From Alphaproteobacteria bacterium (GTDB lineage Bacteria > Pseudomonadota > Alphaproteobacteria > Puniceispirillales > UBA1172), in contig JAYQOF010000006.1 in the NCBI GenBank assembly GCA_038144675.1, positions 41,622 to 105,621 on the forward strand: DNA of 64,000 nucleotides, read 5' to 3'. Shown piece by piece: positions 9,411-19,614 of the stretch. Numbering within the stretch: the first letter of the stretch is position 1; the number at the start of each line of letters is the position of its first letter. The notes below the pieces were generated by a model that did not search any database, was not told the origin of the DNA, and saw only the letters and a program-made list of their open reading frames with translations. The translations under genes and the position numbers were made by a program.

Positions 9411-9994
9411 ATGACGTAACTAGCCTCTTTGCAAACGTCCATGAATCATGCCTTCATTACAGGTGTAATATATTGACCTGTAGCCACATAATGCTCTTGA
9501 GGAAGGCTCAAAGAGTACATCTGATTAAGCTGAACCATTAAATCCAATGTTTGCTTCAGTTTGTTCAGTTAATGACTTTTCCAAACATTTATCGACAGTC
9601 TGCAATTACCTGAAGCAAATAACCAAGATTTGCGAGTCAGTAAAAAACTGATCTGACAGGCTCCTGACTATCATTTCTTGTATTTTGCAATAGATTAGCA
9701 ATCCACAAGTATAATGCAGAGCATCTCAGCGCCACATAACCAGCACTGCTTGGATCATCAATATGTTTGCGAAATTTATTGAGGAGGCTCTAACTCAAAT
9801 CTTCAGACCTTATTTTGATAAACATACTAACCAAATTGTTTAAAATCGCGCTCGATATTACTCTCATGATTGTTTCATGCTAAACATAACTTTATATAGT
9901 ATATATAGGTGGTACTAATTCAAGACCATAAATTCATCAAATTAATCCTGACGGGTACTAAATTTGGAACTTAAAAAGAGCACATATTTTATAA

Positions 9995-10470
9995 TTAACG
10001 CTCATCTAGCTCCATTTCTGCCTCTCTTCGTATGGCTTCAATACCGTAATCTGCATTAGGCCATTTGGGTTTAGGTCGCCAACGCATCCAATCATTGGTT
10101 GGTTGATGCCCTAAATAACCTTTATCAGTGAGGATGTATTCTGAGGCGCGTCTGCCTATAAAGCTACCTATTCTGGATCTCTTAATAAAACCATGCTCAA
10201 TAAGTTTTTTTATAGCTGATTGAGCAGTATTTTTTACTGATATGCAGAATATCTGCCGCCTCAGCCAAGCTTAGTGATATTTTGCCATTATTTTTGCCAT
10301 GGTAGCGTCTGCAGATCTCTAAATATAACTTACATGCGGCAGGAGGCAGATGTCGCCATGCTTCACTTGCTAAAACGCTGTGCCTCATCTTGTAATTGCT
10401 TATCAAGTTCTTCTATATTGCCTCTCTTTCTTTGCCTAGATGAGTACTTAGAGCGCATAGGATCAGGCAT
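9995..10470 (-). pseudogene. phage/island-type HTH DNA-binding protein, two frameshifts
   Basis: A strong Shine-Dalgarno ribosome-binding sequence (aggaggtgagg) precedes ATG at 10470, giving MPDPMRSKYSS. Then MRHSVLASEAWRHLPPAACKLYLEICRRYHGKNNGKISLSLAEAADILHISK (ORF 10197-10406). After a T/A run at 10230-10235 it continues NTAQSAIKKLIEHGFIKRSRIGSF...WPNADYGIEAIRREAEMELDER to TAA 9995-9997. Confidence 0.6.
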
Positions 10471-10493
10471 CCTCACCTCCTTTACTCTTAGAC

Positions 10494-10796
10494 TTAGGTT
10501 TTTTGCCTATAAGGACTCTTGCCCATTCTGAATGGCCATAGAGGGCATCCTGTATGAACACATAGTCTGGCCTCCTTTGGACTGCCTCCACTGCACTCAA
10601 CACAGTTCTTTCTGATAGCTTTTATGGGAGAGGTGTTGGTTAATCCCATTTCAACGAGAGTTTCCCCTATTTCAAGCGGATTTTTTGCCGACAAAGTGTT
10701 GTCCGGTATCCTGACTTCCCTTGAGAGGTTCTTTAAGAAAAAAGGGGCTTTAAGTGGGGTGTTTTTCATAATACACCCCACTTTATTTTCGTTCAT
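10494..10796 (-). CDS. small Cys-rich (zinc-ribbon-like) phage-associated protein
   Basis: IRKNCVECSGGSPKEARLCVHTGCPLWPFRMGK, a pattern recalled from small proteins of alphaproteobacterial prophage islands. Confidence 0.45.
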   Translation of the reverse strand: MNENKVGCIMKNTPLKAPFFLKNLSREVRIPDNTLSAKNPLEIGETLVEMGLTNTSPIKAIRKNCVECSGGSPKEARLCVHTGCPLWPFRMGKSPYRQKT

Positions 10797-11081
10797 GGGC
10801 TAGGGAGTGCTTATGAGGGGTGATCTGCTCATTAACCCACTCATCAAGCCACTCAGTCAGGTTTGTAAAACGCTCTTTTATTGATGAGGGTATATTTTGC
10901 CCCAGACCCTGTCATAGCCTGTCTAGCGAGGTTGTGGGCGAAGAAGGGAGGCCTAGGCTGTTTAAATATTCTGCGGCCTCTTTTCGGCTTAGTAGTCTTT
11001 GCATTTAGAACTCCAAAAAATATTACTGATATAGTTTGGGTATCATTTGCAAGACGTGAGTAGTTAGCAAAAACCTTCCTA

Positions 11082-11543
11082 TTATGAGGGTTTTTTACCA
11101 CATACGTTTTTTCTGTTGCCTGCTTCTTTTTTTAGAAGTTTGTATCTAAGCAGATCTGTCCTGAGGTAATTGCCAGTCTTGGGACAATAATTCCAGAACA
11201 TGCTCATCTGAAGCAAAAAATTTGTTTCTTCATAGATGTCGTATTTCTTGGCATCTACAAATATACAAAGCCAATCTAATATATAATCTTCCTGTGAGAC
11301 ATCTTTGACTGGCCTTCCACCACCACGAGGGGGTCTTAGAGATTTGTTAGATAATAACCAGTAATTTAAACTGGGATCTTGGTCTCTGAGTCTTTCTAGA
11401 AGGAATAGCACATGGTCTGATGGAGTAGATTTTCCTTTTTTGCAATCGGCTAACAAATCAATTAATCCATCCCATTTCCCAGCTAGTAGATCATTTATTG
11501 CTCTTAGTTGAAGGGGATAATAATTATCATCTTTATCTGCCAA
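11082..11543 (-). CDS. hypothetical island protein (153 aa)
   Basis: Intact ORF immediately downstream of the integrase, containing PPRGGGRPVKD. No family recognised. Confidence 0.4.
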   Translation of the reverse strand: MADKDDNYYPLQLRAINDLLAGKWDGLIDLLADCKKGKSTPSDHVLFLLERLRDQDPSLNYWLLSNKSLRPPRGGGRPVKDVSQEDYILDWLCIFVDAKKYDIYEETNFLLQMSMFWNYCPKTGNYLRTDLLRYKLLKKEAGNRKNVCGKKPS

Positions 11544-12679
11544 CTATATCCTCCCATATCTGACCATTGCTGGAATACTTGACGTTTCTGCTCTTTGTAT
11601 TCTGCAAGGTTATAGATGCCCGCTCACACCGCTTCTGGCAAAGGTTTTATGACCTATACAGGCATCAACAATATGCGGCGGCATTCCTGCTTCATTACAA
11701 TGGGTATCAAAAGCGTGCCTTAATTGGTGATATGTCCAATGCGGAATATTAATATTGAGCTTTTTCTTTATTTTATCTCCTAGCCAGATGGGCTTCTCGC
11801 CATTTACAGAAAATAGGTATGAGCCTTTATTCTTGGTTGGGATAAACTGCTTTGCGAAGGGTTAGATAAATATGGTTATCTAAGCTATTCTTTGCCTTAG
11901 CCGCTGGTAACGTCCACCAATCACCATTGATATCATGTTCCTCAAGCGTTGTTGTCTCTCTGTTTCTTTGCACTGTAAGAATGATAAACTTGAGAAGATT
12001 TTCCTGAATAGAGGTTAACCGTTTCGATGCTTCCAAATAATTTTGATTTCGTCGAGAGTAATCAGGCGTTTGATAGGTTGGGGTTTTTTAGGAGGAGATC
12101 TAGCAAGAGGTGGTTTTCAATATAGTCACGATCTAAACACCAGCTTAACAAACCGCTCATAGCACTCCATATTGCCAATGCCGTTCTATCTTTTCCTTTA
12201 GATTTAGCTTCATCAGTAATCGAATAGATATCTGAAGATCGAATATGAATAATCATATGCTTTGATAGGCGAGGTAAAATCAATTCTTAAAGATATTGAT
12301 CGTATCTTTTCGATGTTTTGGGCTTCGCTCATTTAGATAGACATCGACATATTTATCAAAAGCATCAGCAAGAATAGGAATACTTTGCTTCTTATGTAAA
12401 TCTTCAAGGTATGTGTGAGATGAAAATTCACTTGCTATCGCTTTGCTCGTTCTCGAGCTTCATCTACAGAGATAACATCACAGCCAGCAATTTTGATCTG
12501 TTTAGACCTACCTGACTGTTTGATGCGGCCTTTAAAGACAAATGATTTACGTGTCTTAGTTACACAAACGGCAAATCCCTTAAGTTTATCATCCTACACA
12601 AAAATTGGCTTTTGAGGGTCATCACAAAGAAAGCTTGCTAATGAGCTTAGCTGTTAATACTGGCACTAGCACCCCCCAT
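11504..12679 (-). pseudogene. int: P4-type tyrosine integrase, multiply disrupted
   Basis: N-terminal arm-binding domain LTAKLISKL...IFV*DDKLKGFAVCVTKTRKSFVFKGRIKQSGRSKQIKIAG with in-frame TAG at 12594-12596. Core region LTVQRNRETTTLEEHDINGDWWTLPAAKAKNSLDNHIYL. Catalytic region HWTYHQLRHAFDTHCNEAGMPPHIVDACIGHK...YNLAEYKEQKRQVFQQW. At least five frame changes, one at the C/G run 12672-12677. Confidence 0.85.
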
Positions 12680-12694
12680 TTGATTTAAGGGGGT

Positions 12695-12733
12695 AAAGTT
12701 GTGAGCATATTGTGAGCAATAATATGATATTAA
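12695..12733 (+). repeat. 39-bp direct repeat, copy 2 (candidate integrase arm-type sites)
   Basis: aaagttgtgagcatattgtgagcaataatatgatattaa, containing GTGAGCA twice. It lies just upstream of the integrase start and about 115 nt before the tRNA fragment. Confidence 0.5.
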
Positions 12734-12845
12734 CATTGATATACATTACATTAAGATGATAATGAATGTATAGCAAAAAATTAACTAATATACTGTATTT
12801 AAATACTTTAGTTTATTATTTTTGGTTTGGGCAATTGAGTTATTT

Positions 12846-12904
12846 GTTAGAGCAACTGATTCGTAATCAGTAGGTCGGAGGTTCAAGTCCTCTCAGCAGC
12901 ACCA
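12846..12904 (+). repeat. displaced 3' fragment of tRNA-Thr(CGU) (att site remnant)
   Basis: gttagagcaactgattcgtaatcagtaggtcggaggttcaagtcctctcagcagcacca. The anticodon arm and 3' acceptor/CCA match the intact gene. The T-arm differs (ggagg/cctct). The upstream sequence cannot pair with cagcagc, so there is no acceptor stem. Confidence 0.8.
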
Positions 12905-12980
12905 TAATCAAGATTTACTTGATGACCTAACGCGGGATTAAGGCTTGATAAGCATATGATCTGGTATAAAGTTAAAGACC

Positions 12981-13395
12981 ATGAAACCATCGATAACTTA
13001 CCTTCTTTTTCTCGCCCTATTTATGATCGGAAAACTTGCAATGGCCAGTGAAATCCAAATTGATATACTTACTGAAGGCACTGGTGATACTGCTGAAACG
13101 GGCAAAACCGTCTCTGTCCATTATGAAGGCCAGCTGTTGGATGGGTCAGTATTTGATGCATCAAGACCCAGAGGCCAGGCCTTTCGTTTTACCATTGGGG
13201 CGGGGCAGGTCATCCCCGGCTGGGAACAGGGTAACTGGCATGAAAGTCCGGGGAAATCAGCTGACCATCCCGCCAGAACTTGCCTATGGATCATCAGGGG
13301 CAGGTGATGTCATCCCACCAGATGCTACATTGATTTTCACCATTGAACTGCTTGAGGTTTCCAACCCCCGCGATACTGGGTCAGGCGACACCTGA
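12981..13395 (+). pseudogene. FKBP-type peptidyl-prolyl cis-trans isomerase with signal peptide, frameshifted
   Basis: [44 protein letters not shown] (ORF 12981-13307), then [43 protein letters not shown] in another frame. The break is near 13230. Confidence 0.8.
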
Positions 13396-13731
13396 TGAAC
13401 TGCTTTCCGCGCAAAAGGACGGGGTGATTATCATTGATATCCGCCGGGAAGAAGAATGGCAGGAAACCGGACTGATTGAAGGGGCGCAACCGATTACCGC
13501 GTTTCAGTCCAATGGCAGCCTGCATCCGGAGTTTTCCGGGATAAATTTTTTTGCTGCGGTCGAAAATCCGGACACCCCTATTCTCATCTATTGCCGATCA
13601 GGAAACCGGACAACCAGCCTGGGCAACGCATTAATTGATCAATTAGGGATTTTTCCAACGTCACCCATTTATCAGAAGGTATCATAGGCTGGCAGGCAGC
13701 GGGCAAGAACACGGTATCCTATCAACCGTAA
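13343..13731 (+). pseudogene. single-domain rhodanese-like sulfurtransferase, C-terminal frameshift
   Basis: GVIIIDIRREEEWQETGLIEGAQPI...ILIYCRSGNRTTSLGNAL. The true C-terminus EGIIGWQAAGKNTVSYQP is in another frame and ends at TAA 13729-13731. The start is uncertain. Confidence 0.55.
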
Positions 13732-13740
13732 CTGGGCTGA

Positions 13741-13770
13741 TGCGATAAGATTTATCGCAGTTTTTGTTTT
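13741..13770 (+). terminator. rho-independent terminator
   Basis: tgcgataa-gat-ttatcgca hairpin followed by gtttttgtttt. Confidence 0.5.
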
Positions 13771-13834
13771 CAATTCAATCAAAAACCGTTAAGGATAGGG
13801 CATGATTGATATTATGGATGAATAACGCACGCAG

Positions 13835-14632
13835 ATGAATGTCAGCCAATCCTCATTATCGACCCCCATATACTTGAAGTAAAGGATTTGCATAAATCCT
13901 ATGGAGCGCTTGAGGTTTTAAGAGGGGTAAGTTTTACTGCCCCCAAAGGTCAGGTTATTACCTTTATCGGATCATCCGGATCAGGGAAATCAACACTGCT
14001 GAGATGTTGTAACCTGCTTGAATTAAGCCATTCAGGTGAGATTATTTTTAATGGTGAGCCTGTTATATGGAGCGGTCAGGGGGCATCCCGGCAACCAGCT
14101 AACCGGCAACAGATTACGGCTATGAGAACCAATTTGGCCATGGTATTCCAGCAATTCAATTTATGGTCGCATATGACCATTCTGGATAATGTGATTGAAG
14201 CACCGGTGACGGTGCTGGGGCGGTCGCGGGATATTATGCGAAGTATAGGCCTTGATCTGCTGGATAAAGTTGGGATTGCAGATAAAGCTGATGCGTACTG
14301 GCCATCACAATTATCAGGTGGCCAGCAACAACGTGCTGCGATTGCAAGAGCACTTGCTATGGAACCTATGGCTATGCTGTTTGATGAGCCGACTTCCGCG
14401 CTTGACCCGGAATTGGAACAAGAGGTTGTTCGCGTGATTAAAGCGTTAGCAGAAGAAGGCCGTACCATGTTACTGGTAACCCATGATATGCGACTTGCCC
14501 ATGATCTATCAGATCATGTTATATTTCTTCATCAAGGAAAAATCGAAGAAGAAGGGAGCGCCAGAGGATATTCTGGTTCATCCCAAAACAGAACGGTTGC
14601 AGCAATTTTTAAGCGCTGGTGCTGTGAGCTGA
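13835..14632 (+). pseudogene. polar amino-acid/opine ABC transporter ATP-binding protein (HisP/OccP-like), frameshifts at both ends
   Basis: Walker [10 protein letters not shown], signature LSGGQQQR, Walker [12 protein letters not shown]. The N-terminus [11 protein letters not shown] is out of frame with [12 protein letters not shown]. The C-terminus reads correctly as [23 protein letters not shown] only after a shift, ending at TGA 14630-14632. Confidence 0.85.
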
Positions 14633-14665
14633 GATATTAAGCGCTAATATCTTTTGGAGGATGTT

Positions 14666-15386
14666 ATGAAAAAAGTAATTTTAGCAACAGCTTTAGCTAG
14701 CATGCTGGCAATGCCAGCCATGGCAGAAACAATCCGCATGGGAACAGAAGGGGCTTACCCTCCCTATAATTTCATCAATGATAAAAACGAAGTTGATGGA
14801 TTTGAACGCGAGGTAGGTGATGAGCTTTGTGCGCGTGCCAATCTGGATTGCGTATGGGTTGTAAATGACTGGGACTCTATTATCCCAAATCTGGTATCAG
14901 GGAATTATGATACGATTATTGCTGGCATGTCCATCACGGCAGAACGTGATGAGGTGATTGACTTCCACTCAGGAATATTTCCCGCCAAGCCCTTCCATGT
15001 ATGTCGGCCTGTCAGGTGGCAGTGTTGATATAAATGGCGGGGTTATTGCTGCACAGACAGGTACTATTCAGGCAGGTCATGTGGCATCATCTGGCGCAAC
15101 TCTTGTTGAGTTTGCCACCCCTGATGAAACCATTGCGGCGGTTCGTAATGGTGAAGCTGATGCCGTTCTTGCTGATGGTGATTATCTGATGCCAATCGTT
15201 GAATCAGGCGGTGAGTTAGCCGTTGTTGGTCAGGTTGGAATCGGTGGCGGTATCGGCATGGGTATTCGCGAATCTGATTCAGCCCTGAAAGCCAAAATGG
15301 ATAAAGCGATTGCTTCCATGAAATCTGATGGCACCCTGAATACCATGATTAAAAAATGGTTTGGTGATGATGCGCTGACATTCTAG
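14666..15386 (+). pseudogene. periplasmic polar amino-acid-binding protein (LAO/HisJ/Occ-type), frameshifted
   Basis: MKKVILATALASMLAMPAMA signal peptide, then TEGAYPPYNFINDKNEVDGFEREVGDELC...IIAGMSITAERDEVIDF. It continues in a second frame (ORF 14958-15386). Confidence 0.8.
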
Positions 15387-15421
15387 TCAACGCCGTTCAG
15401 GTGAAGCCATAACTATCTGGT

Positions 15422-15441
15422 CGGGGCAAATTTTTGCCCCG
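15422..15441 (+). terminator. intercistronic hairpin after the binding-protein gene
   Basis: cggggcaa-attt-ttgccccg. No clear T-run, so it may be an attenuator or mRNA-stabilising hairpin rather than a full terminator. Confidence 0.35.
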
Positions 15442-15481
15442 GCTTTAAGGTCTAACCACTGATGCAAGATTAGATATAATC

Positions 15482-16354
15482 ATGTTTTCCTGTACCAATC
15501 CCGATCAGATTGAAGGCTTCAACTGGCTTGTCTGTTATCTTGGCACGGCCAAACATATGGCATTCTATCAATCTTTTCTGGTGGTCTTTGTCACTGGTGT
15601 TGATAACGGCGCCTCTGGCCATGTTATTCGGGCTTATGGCGGCATCTGCCAGCCGGTCAGCGATACGGATCATCCAATGGCCCGGAAAAATCTATATTGC
15701 TATGGTCAGGGGTGTTCCTGATATCGTTTTCTTTCTTTTTGTCCCGCTTGCCCTGGATCAGGGTATTGAATATATCCGCCATCGTATCATGTGTTCTGAT
15801 CAAACCGGATCAGTCTGGCAGGGCAATGATTTCGTTGTTTGTGATATGGCAAAAATGCCGCTTTCCAGTGCTAGCCCGTGGGTGCATGATGCTTATGGAT
15901 TTATGCTGGCCGTGACAGCTTATGCCATTGTCTTTGGTGCTTTTGTGGGTAATGTTCTGGCAGGTGCCATGGCGGCAGTGCCGCGCGCTCAACTGGAAAC
16001 CGGATCAGCCTATGGCATGACAAGGCGGCAGGTATACTGGCGTATTCTTTTCCCACAAATGTGGATTTACGCCTTGCCCGGTCTATCCAATTTATGGGTG
16101 CTTCTGATAAAGGCGACGCCATTGCTGTTTCTTGCTGGGGATACAGGATATTGTGTATTGGGCACGAGCTTGGCAGTGCCAAAACATCGGCTTATAGCTA
16201 CCCGCATCCGGATTGGCGGGTCTGGTATTTTCTGGCCTTGCTGATTTTCTATCTGTTTATAACATGGGTCAGTGAGCGCGTGTTTAGCTGGTTGAACCGC
16301 CGGTTTTCACGCGGCCAGTCCATGTTGATGAACAGCCAGCAGCCAGATGGGTAA
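15482..16354 (+). pseudogene. ABC transporter permease (HisQ/OccQ-like), frameshifted
   Basis: ETGSAYGMTRRQVYWRILFPQMWIYALPGLSNLWVLLIKATPLLF (ORF 15510-16244), then ELGSAKTSAYSYPH...FYLFITWVSERVFSWLNRRF (ORF 16061-16354). Confidence 0.75.
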
Positions 16355-17197
16355 TCCTATGTCTTCATGTCTAGATGCATTTCAGAATTATGGATTACGC
16401 GCCATCGGGTATGGCGAACGGTTATTACCCAAGGCTGATATCACCATATGTGAGCAATTTGCCCTGATCGGGTCAGGATTGATCTGGAATATCTTTTTCG
16501 GGGTTCTGGCGGTAATGATCGGGTACTGGTTTGCACTGGCGCTGGCGGTTGGAAAAATGTCACGATCATGGTTCTATCGCCAGTTTTCCATCGGGTTTAT
16601 CTATCTGTTTCGTGGCACGCCATTATTTATCCAGTTTTTCTTTGCCTATGAGCTGTTTGTTTTATTGCGAAAGGTCGGGATCACGCTTGATCTATGGGTG
16701 GTTTCGATTGATCTGGAAACGCGCTGGCTGACGCGGGCATGGCTGGGGGCATTACTGGTTTTGATATTCACATCGGCTTATTCAGCGGAAATATTTTATG
16801 GTGCCTTGCGGTCAACACCACGGGAGTAGTAGAAGCAGCCATGGCATATGGCATGTCAGGCTGGCAACGGTTCTGGCGCGTGATATGGCCACATATGATG
16901 CGGCTGGCATGGCCATCTTATACTAATGAAGCGATCTTTCTGTTTCATGCCACAACACTGGTATTCTTTTCCGGATTTCCGGCATGGCGGCAATCGGGAG
17001 ATGCGCTTTATTATGCGAATTATTTTGCTGACAAAACATTCAATCCCTTTATTGCCTATCCGATCATTGCCTTTTATTTTATCATATTTACCTTGATGAT
17101 AATCACCTTGTTCGGATGGATAAACCGCCGCCTAAATCGGCATCTTCCACAGGATGCCAAACGCCGGTTATCTATTCGGCTTAACCTTATTCGCTAG
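16347..17197 (+). pseudogene. ABC transporter permease (HisM/OccM-like), frameshifted
   Basis: FIYLFRGTPLFIQFFFAY...SAYSAEIFYGALRSTP, then VVEAAMAYGMSGWQRFWRVIWPHMMRLAWPSYTNE in a second frame. The break is near 16815. Confidence 0.75.
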
Positions 17198-17202
17198 GGG
17201 AT

Positions 17203-18353
17203 ATGCCGACATCCATGATCAGAGAAACCCATCACATAGCCGCTGATACAGCTGGCACCAGTCATGAATTGACCATCCTTCGTTTCAGGCCTGAGAAACC
17301 CTTGGCTAAAATCTATCTGCAAGCAGCCCTGCATGCGGATGAACAGCCGGGCATGCTGGTTCTGCATCACCTGATCCAGTTGCTTACCAAAGCAGAAAAA
17401 GAAGACCGGCTTAAGGCTGAGTTTGTCATTTTGCCTATGGTAAACCCGCTGGGCATGGCGCATCTTGCTTTGGCAAGCATCGTGGCCGCTATCATCCGCT
17501 GAATGGCCTGAATTATAATCGCAACTGGCCAGACCTTGATGCAATGATCCATAGCAATGATGCCGATTTTTCCAGTCAGCTAACAGATGACGTAGTACAT
17601 AATCAACAGGTGATCAGACAGGCGGTTAAGGCGGCTATTGATAGCCAGTCACCAACATCTGCACTTGACCGGTTGCGGCATATGGTTATGGCAGAAACCT
17701 ATGACGCGGATATGGTGCTTGATCTGCATTGCGCGGATGATGCGCTTAACCATATTTATATTGTTCCGCAGTTAATGCCCGAATATCAGGATTTATCCGA
17801 CTGGATGCAGTCAGCGGCAACAATGACCGCAGAAGATTCCGGTGGTGGATCATTTGATGAGGTATGGCCAGGTTTATGGATCAAATGTGCCAGACGTTAT
17901 CCGGGGGCGGCATGGCCTGATCTCATGCTTTCGGCGACATTGGAATATCGCGGGGAAAATGCTGTTGATGACCAGATCAACTATCAGGATGCTCTTAACC
18001 TATATCAATTTCTGGTGGGGCGTGGATTTATTTCGGGGACGCCGGCAGAATATCCCTCTGGTGGTGTTGAGGCAACGCCGCTTACAGCCGTGGAATATTT
18101 GCGAGCTGAACGGCCTTGTCTGGTGATCTTTCAACAACCACTTGGGGCGGTAGTCAGGGCTGGTGATGTGATTGCCGAATTGCTATCGCTTGAAGGTGAT
18201 GACGCATTTACCGGCAAAACATTGCTTCGGGCTGGCACGGATGGGGTATTTTTTGACAGGAGCCTGATCAAACTGGCCTGGCCGGATCATATTGTGGCAA
18301 AGATTGCGGGCAAAACCCCATTAGTGGATGATGGTTATTTGCTGTCAGACTGA
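17203..18353 (+). pseudogene. succinylglutamate desuccinylase/aspartoacylase (AstE/AspA, M14-like) family deacylase, frameshifted
   Basis: KIYLQAALHADEQPGMLVLHHL...FVILPMVNPLGMAH, then GRYHPLNGLNYNRNWPDL in another frame. The rest is ORF 17544-18353. Confidence 0.75.
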
Positions 18354-18406
18354 TGTGATGATAATGATATTGTGATGAAACGGAAACAACAGCATAAGCA
18401 GATGAT

Positions 18407-19576
18407 ATGCCATATCAGGTTAACCCCGACATTTTTCATTTAAACGCTCCGCCCGTGGCACAGGTGCAGGAATGGATTGATCAATATCAGGGCAACGCGC
18501 CCATGATTGATCTTTCGCAGGCTGTACCGGGATATCCGCCACATGATGATCTGAAAGCGGCTCTTGCCAGATATGCAGATGATGAGCGTGTTTTTGGTTA
18601 TGGTGCCATTGAAGGCGAGCCGGAATTCCGGCAGGTTTATGCTGATCATGTCAGCCAGCTTTATCATAATACGATTATGGCTGATCAGGTGCTGATTTCT
18701 TCAGGCTGTAATCAGGCCTTTATCTTTGCCATGATGGGGCTGGCAAAGGCGGGTGATGCCATTCTTTTACCCGAACCGAGTTATTTTAATCATTCTTCCA
18801 GTCTGGCTATGTTGGGTATTAAGGCGATTGGTGTCGCTGGTCATCCAGCGCGTCAATTTTTGCCAGATGTTGCCAGTTTCGAGCAAGCTATCACCCCGCA
18901 AACGCGTGGTATTGCGCTGGTGAGTCCGAATAATCCGACTGGCACGCGTTATCCGGATGATTTGCTGGATGATTTATTCCGTCTGTGTCAACGTCATCAT
19001 CTGGCGTTAATCATTGATGAAACCTATCGTGATTTCTGTGATCTGGATATTCAGCGTCCCCATGGTCTGTTTGATCATCCGGACTGGATGGATACCGTGA
19101 TCCAGCTTTATAGTTTTTCCAAAGCCTATTGTCTTCCCGGATATCGCCTTGGGGCTGTTGTGGCAGGCGCAGATATGATTGCCCAGATGGCAAAGGTGAC
19201 AGATAATATTCAGATATGTGCCCCGCGTATTGGCCAGAAGGCATTGACTGAAATGTTGCCGAAGCTGACAGAATGGCGACTTGCCAATCAGACAGAAATT
19301 ACGGCAAGGCGGTTAGCTTTTCGTGACGCATTCGCCGCCCTGCCAGAATGGTCAATCACCAGTGATGGCGGCTATTTCGGATTTGTCCGTCATCCCTATC
19401 CTGATCGTAACAGTGCTGAGGTAGCGGCAGCTTTGATGCGCCAGACAGGGCGTTTTGACCATACCGGGGGATTTTTCGGGGCAGAATACGAAGATCATTT
19501 GCGGTTTGCTTTTGCCAATGCTGATATAGCGGCTATTGCGTGTCTGCCTGACCGATTATCAGGCCTTTCTATCTGA
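18407..19576 (+). CDS. PLP-dependent aminotransferase, class I/II (389 aa, intact)
   Basis: LSQAVPGYPP, SGCNQAF, SPNNPTG, IIDETYRDF, and YSFSKAYCLPGYRLG with the PLP lysine. Confidence 0.85.
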   Translation: MPYQVNPDIFHLNAPPVAQVQEWIDQYQGNAPMIDLSQAVPGYPPHDDLKAALARYADDERVFGYGAIEGEPEFRQVYADHVSQLYHNTIMADQVLISSGCNQAFIFAMMGLAKAGDAILLPEPSYFNHSSSLAMLGIKAIGVAGHPARQFLPDVASFEQAITPQTRGIALVSPNNPTGTRYPDDLLDDLFRLCQRHHLALIIDETYRDFCDLDIQRPHGLFDHPDWMDTVIQLYSFSKAYCLPGYRLGAVVAGADMIAQMAKVTDNIQICAPRIGQKALTEMLPKLTEWRLANQTEITARRLAFRDAFAALPEWSITSDGGYFGFVRHPYPDRNSAEVAAALMRQTGRFDHTGGFFGAEYEDHLRFAFANADIAAIACLPDRLSGLSI

Positions 19577-19614
19577 TTGAAAGTGGCTTTCATGACCGGC
19601 ACTCCGTCCTATTT

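Larger units (their letters stand above)
4700..12904. mobile_element. degraded tRNA-Thr-integrated genomic island / prophage-like element (~8 kb)
   Basis: Bounded by the intact tRNA-Thr and a displaced 3' tRNA fragment (12846-12904). The two share a 24-nt identical anticodon-arm core (4705-4728 = 12854-12877) but have different T-arms. A broken tyrosine integrase lies at the right end. Cargo is AT-rich and phage-like. Confidence 0.7.

Noticed and set aside
10820-11101. ORFs 10820-11008 (+), 10881-11063 (+) and 10853-11101 (-) between the zinc-ribbon gene and the 153-aa island gene
   Set aside because: They overlap one another, have no recognisable motifs and no convincing start context. This is possibly a decayed gene, but none is callable. 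No AlpA/excisionase-like sequence was seen.
12829-12904. Second complete tRNA-Thr gene
   Set aside because: Only the segment from the D-arm/anticodon arm to the CCA matches. The 5' sequence gggcaat cannot pair with the 3' acceptor strand cagcagc and the D-arm is degenerate. I treat it as a displaced att fragment.
14076-14468. Long antisense ORFs inside recognisable genes (also 29192-29719, 44424-44888, 41627-41932, 41742-42086, 27966-28325, 54465-54983)
   Set aside because: They lie opposite well-supported coding sequence and have low-complexity Ser/Ala/Arg-rich or otherwise unrecognisable products. These are typical shadow ORFs.
13835-17197. Naming the ABC system ehuABCD (ectoine) or occ/noc (opine)
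   Set aside because: Gene order and the neighbouring AstE-family gene are suggestive. The binding-protein sequence reads like a generic LAO/HisJ-type binder, and I cannot discriminate without a search. It is kept as a generic polar amino-acid system.
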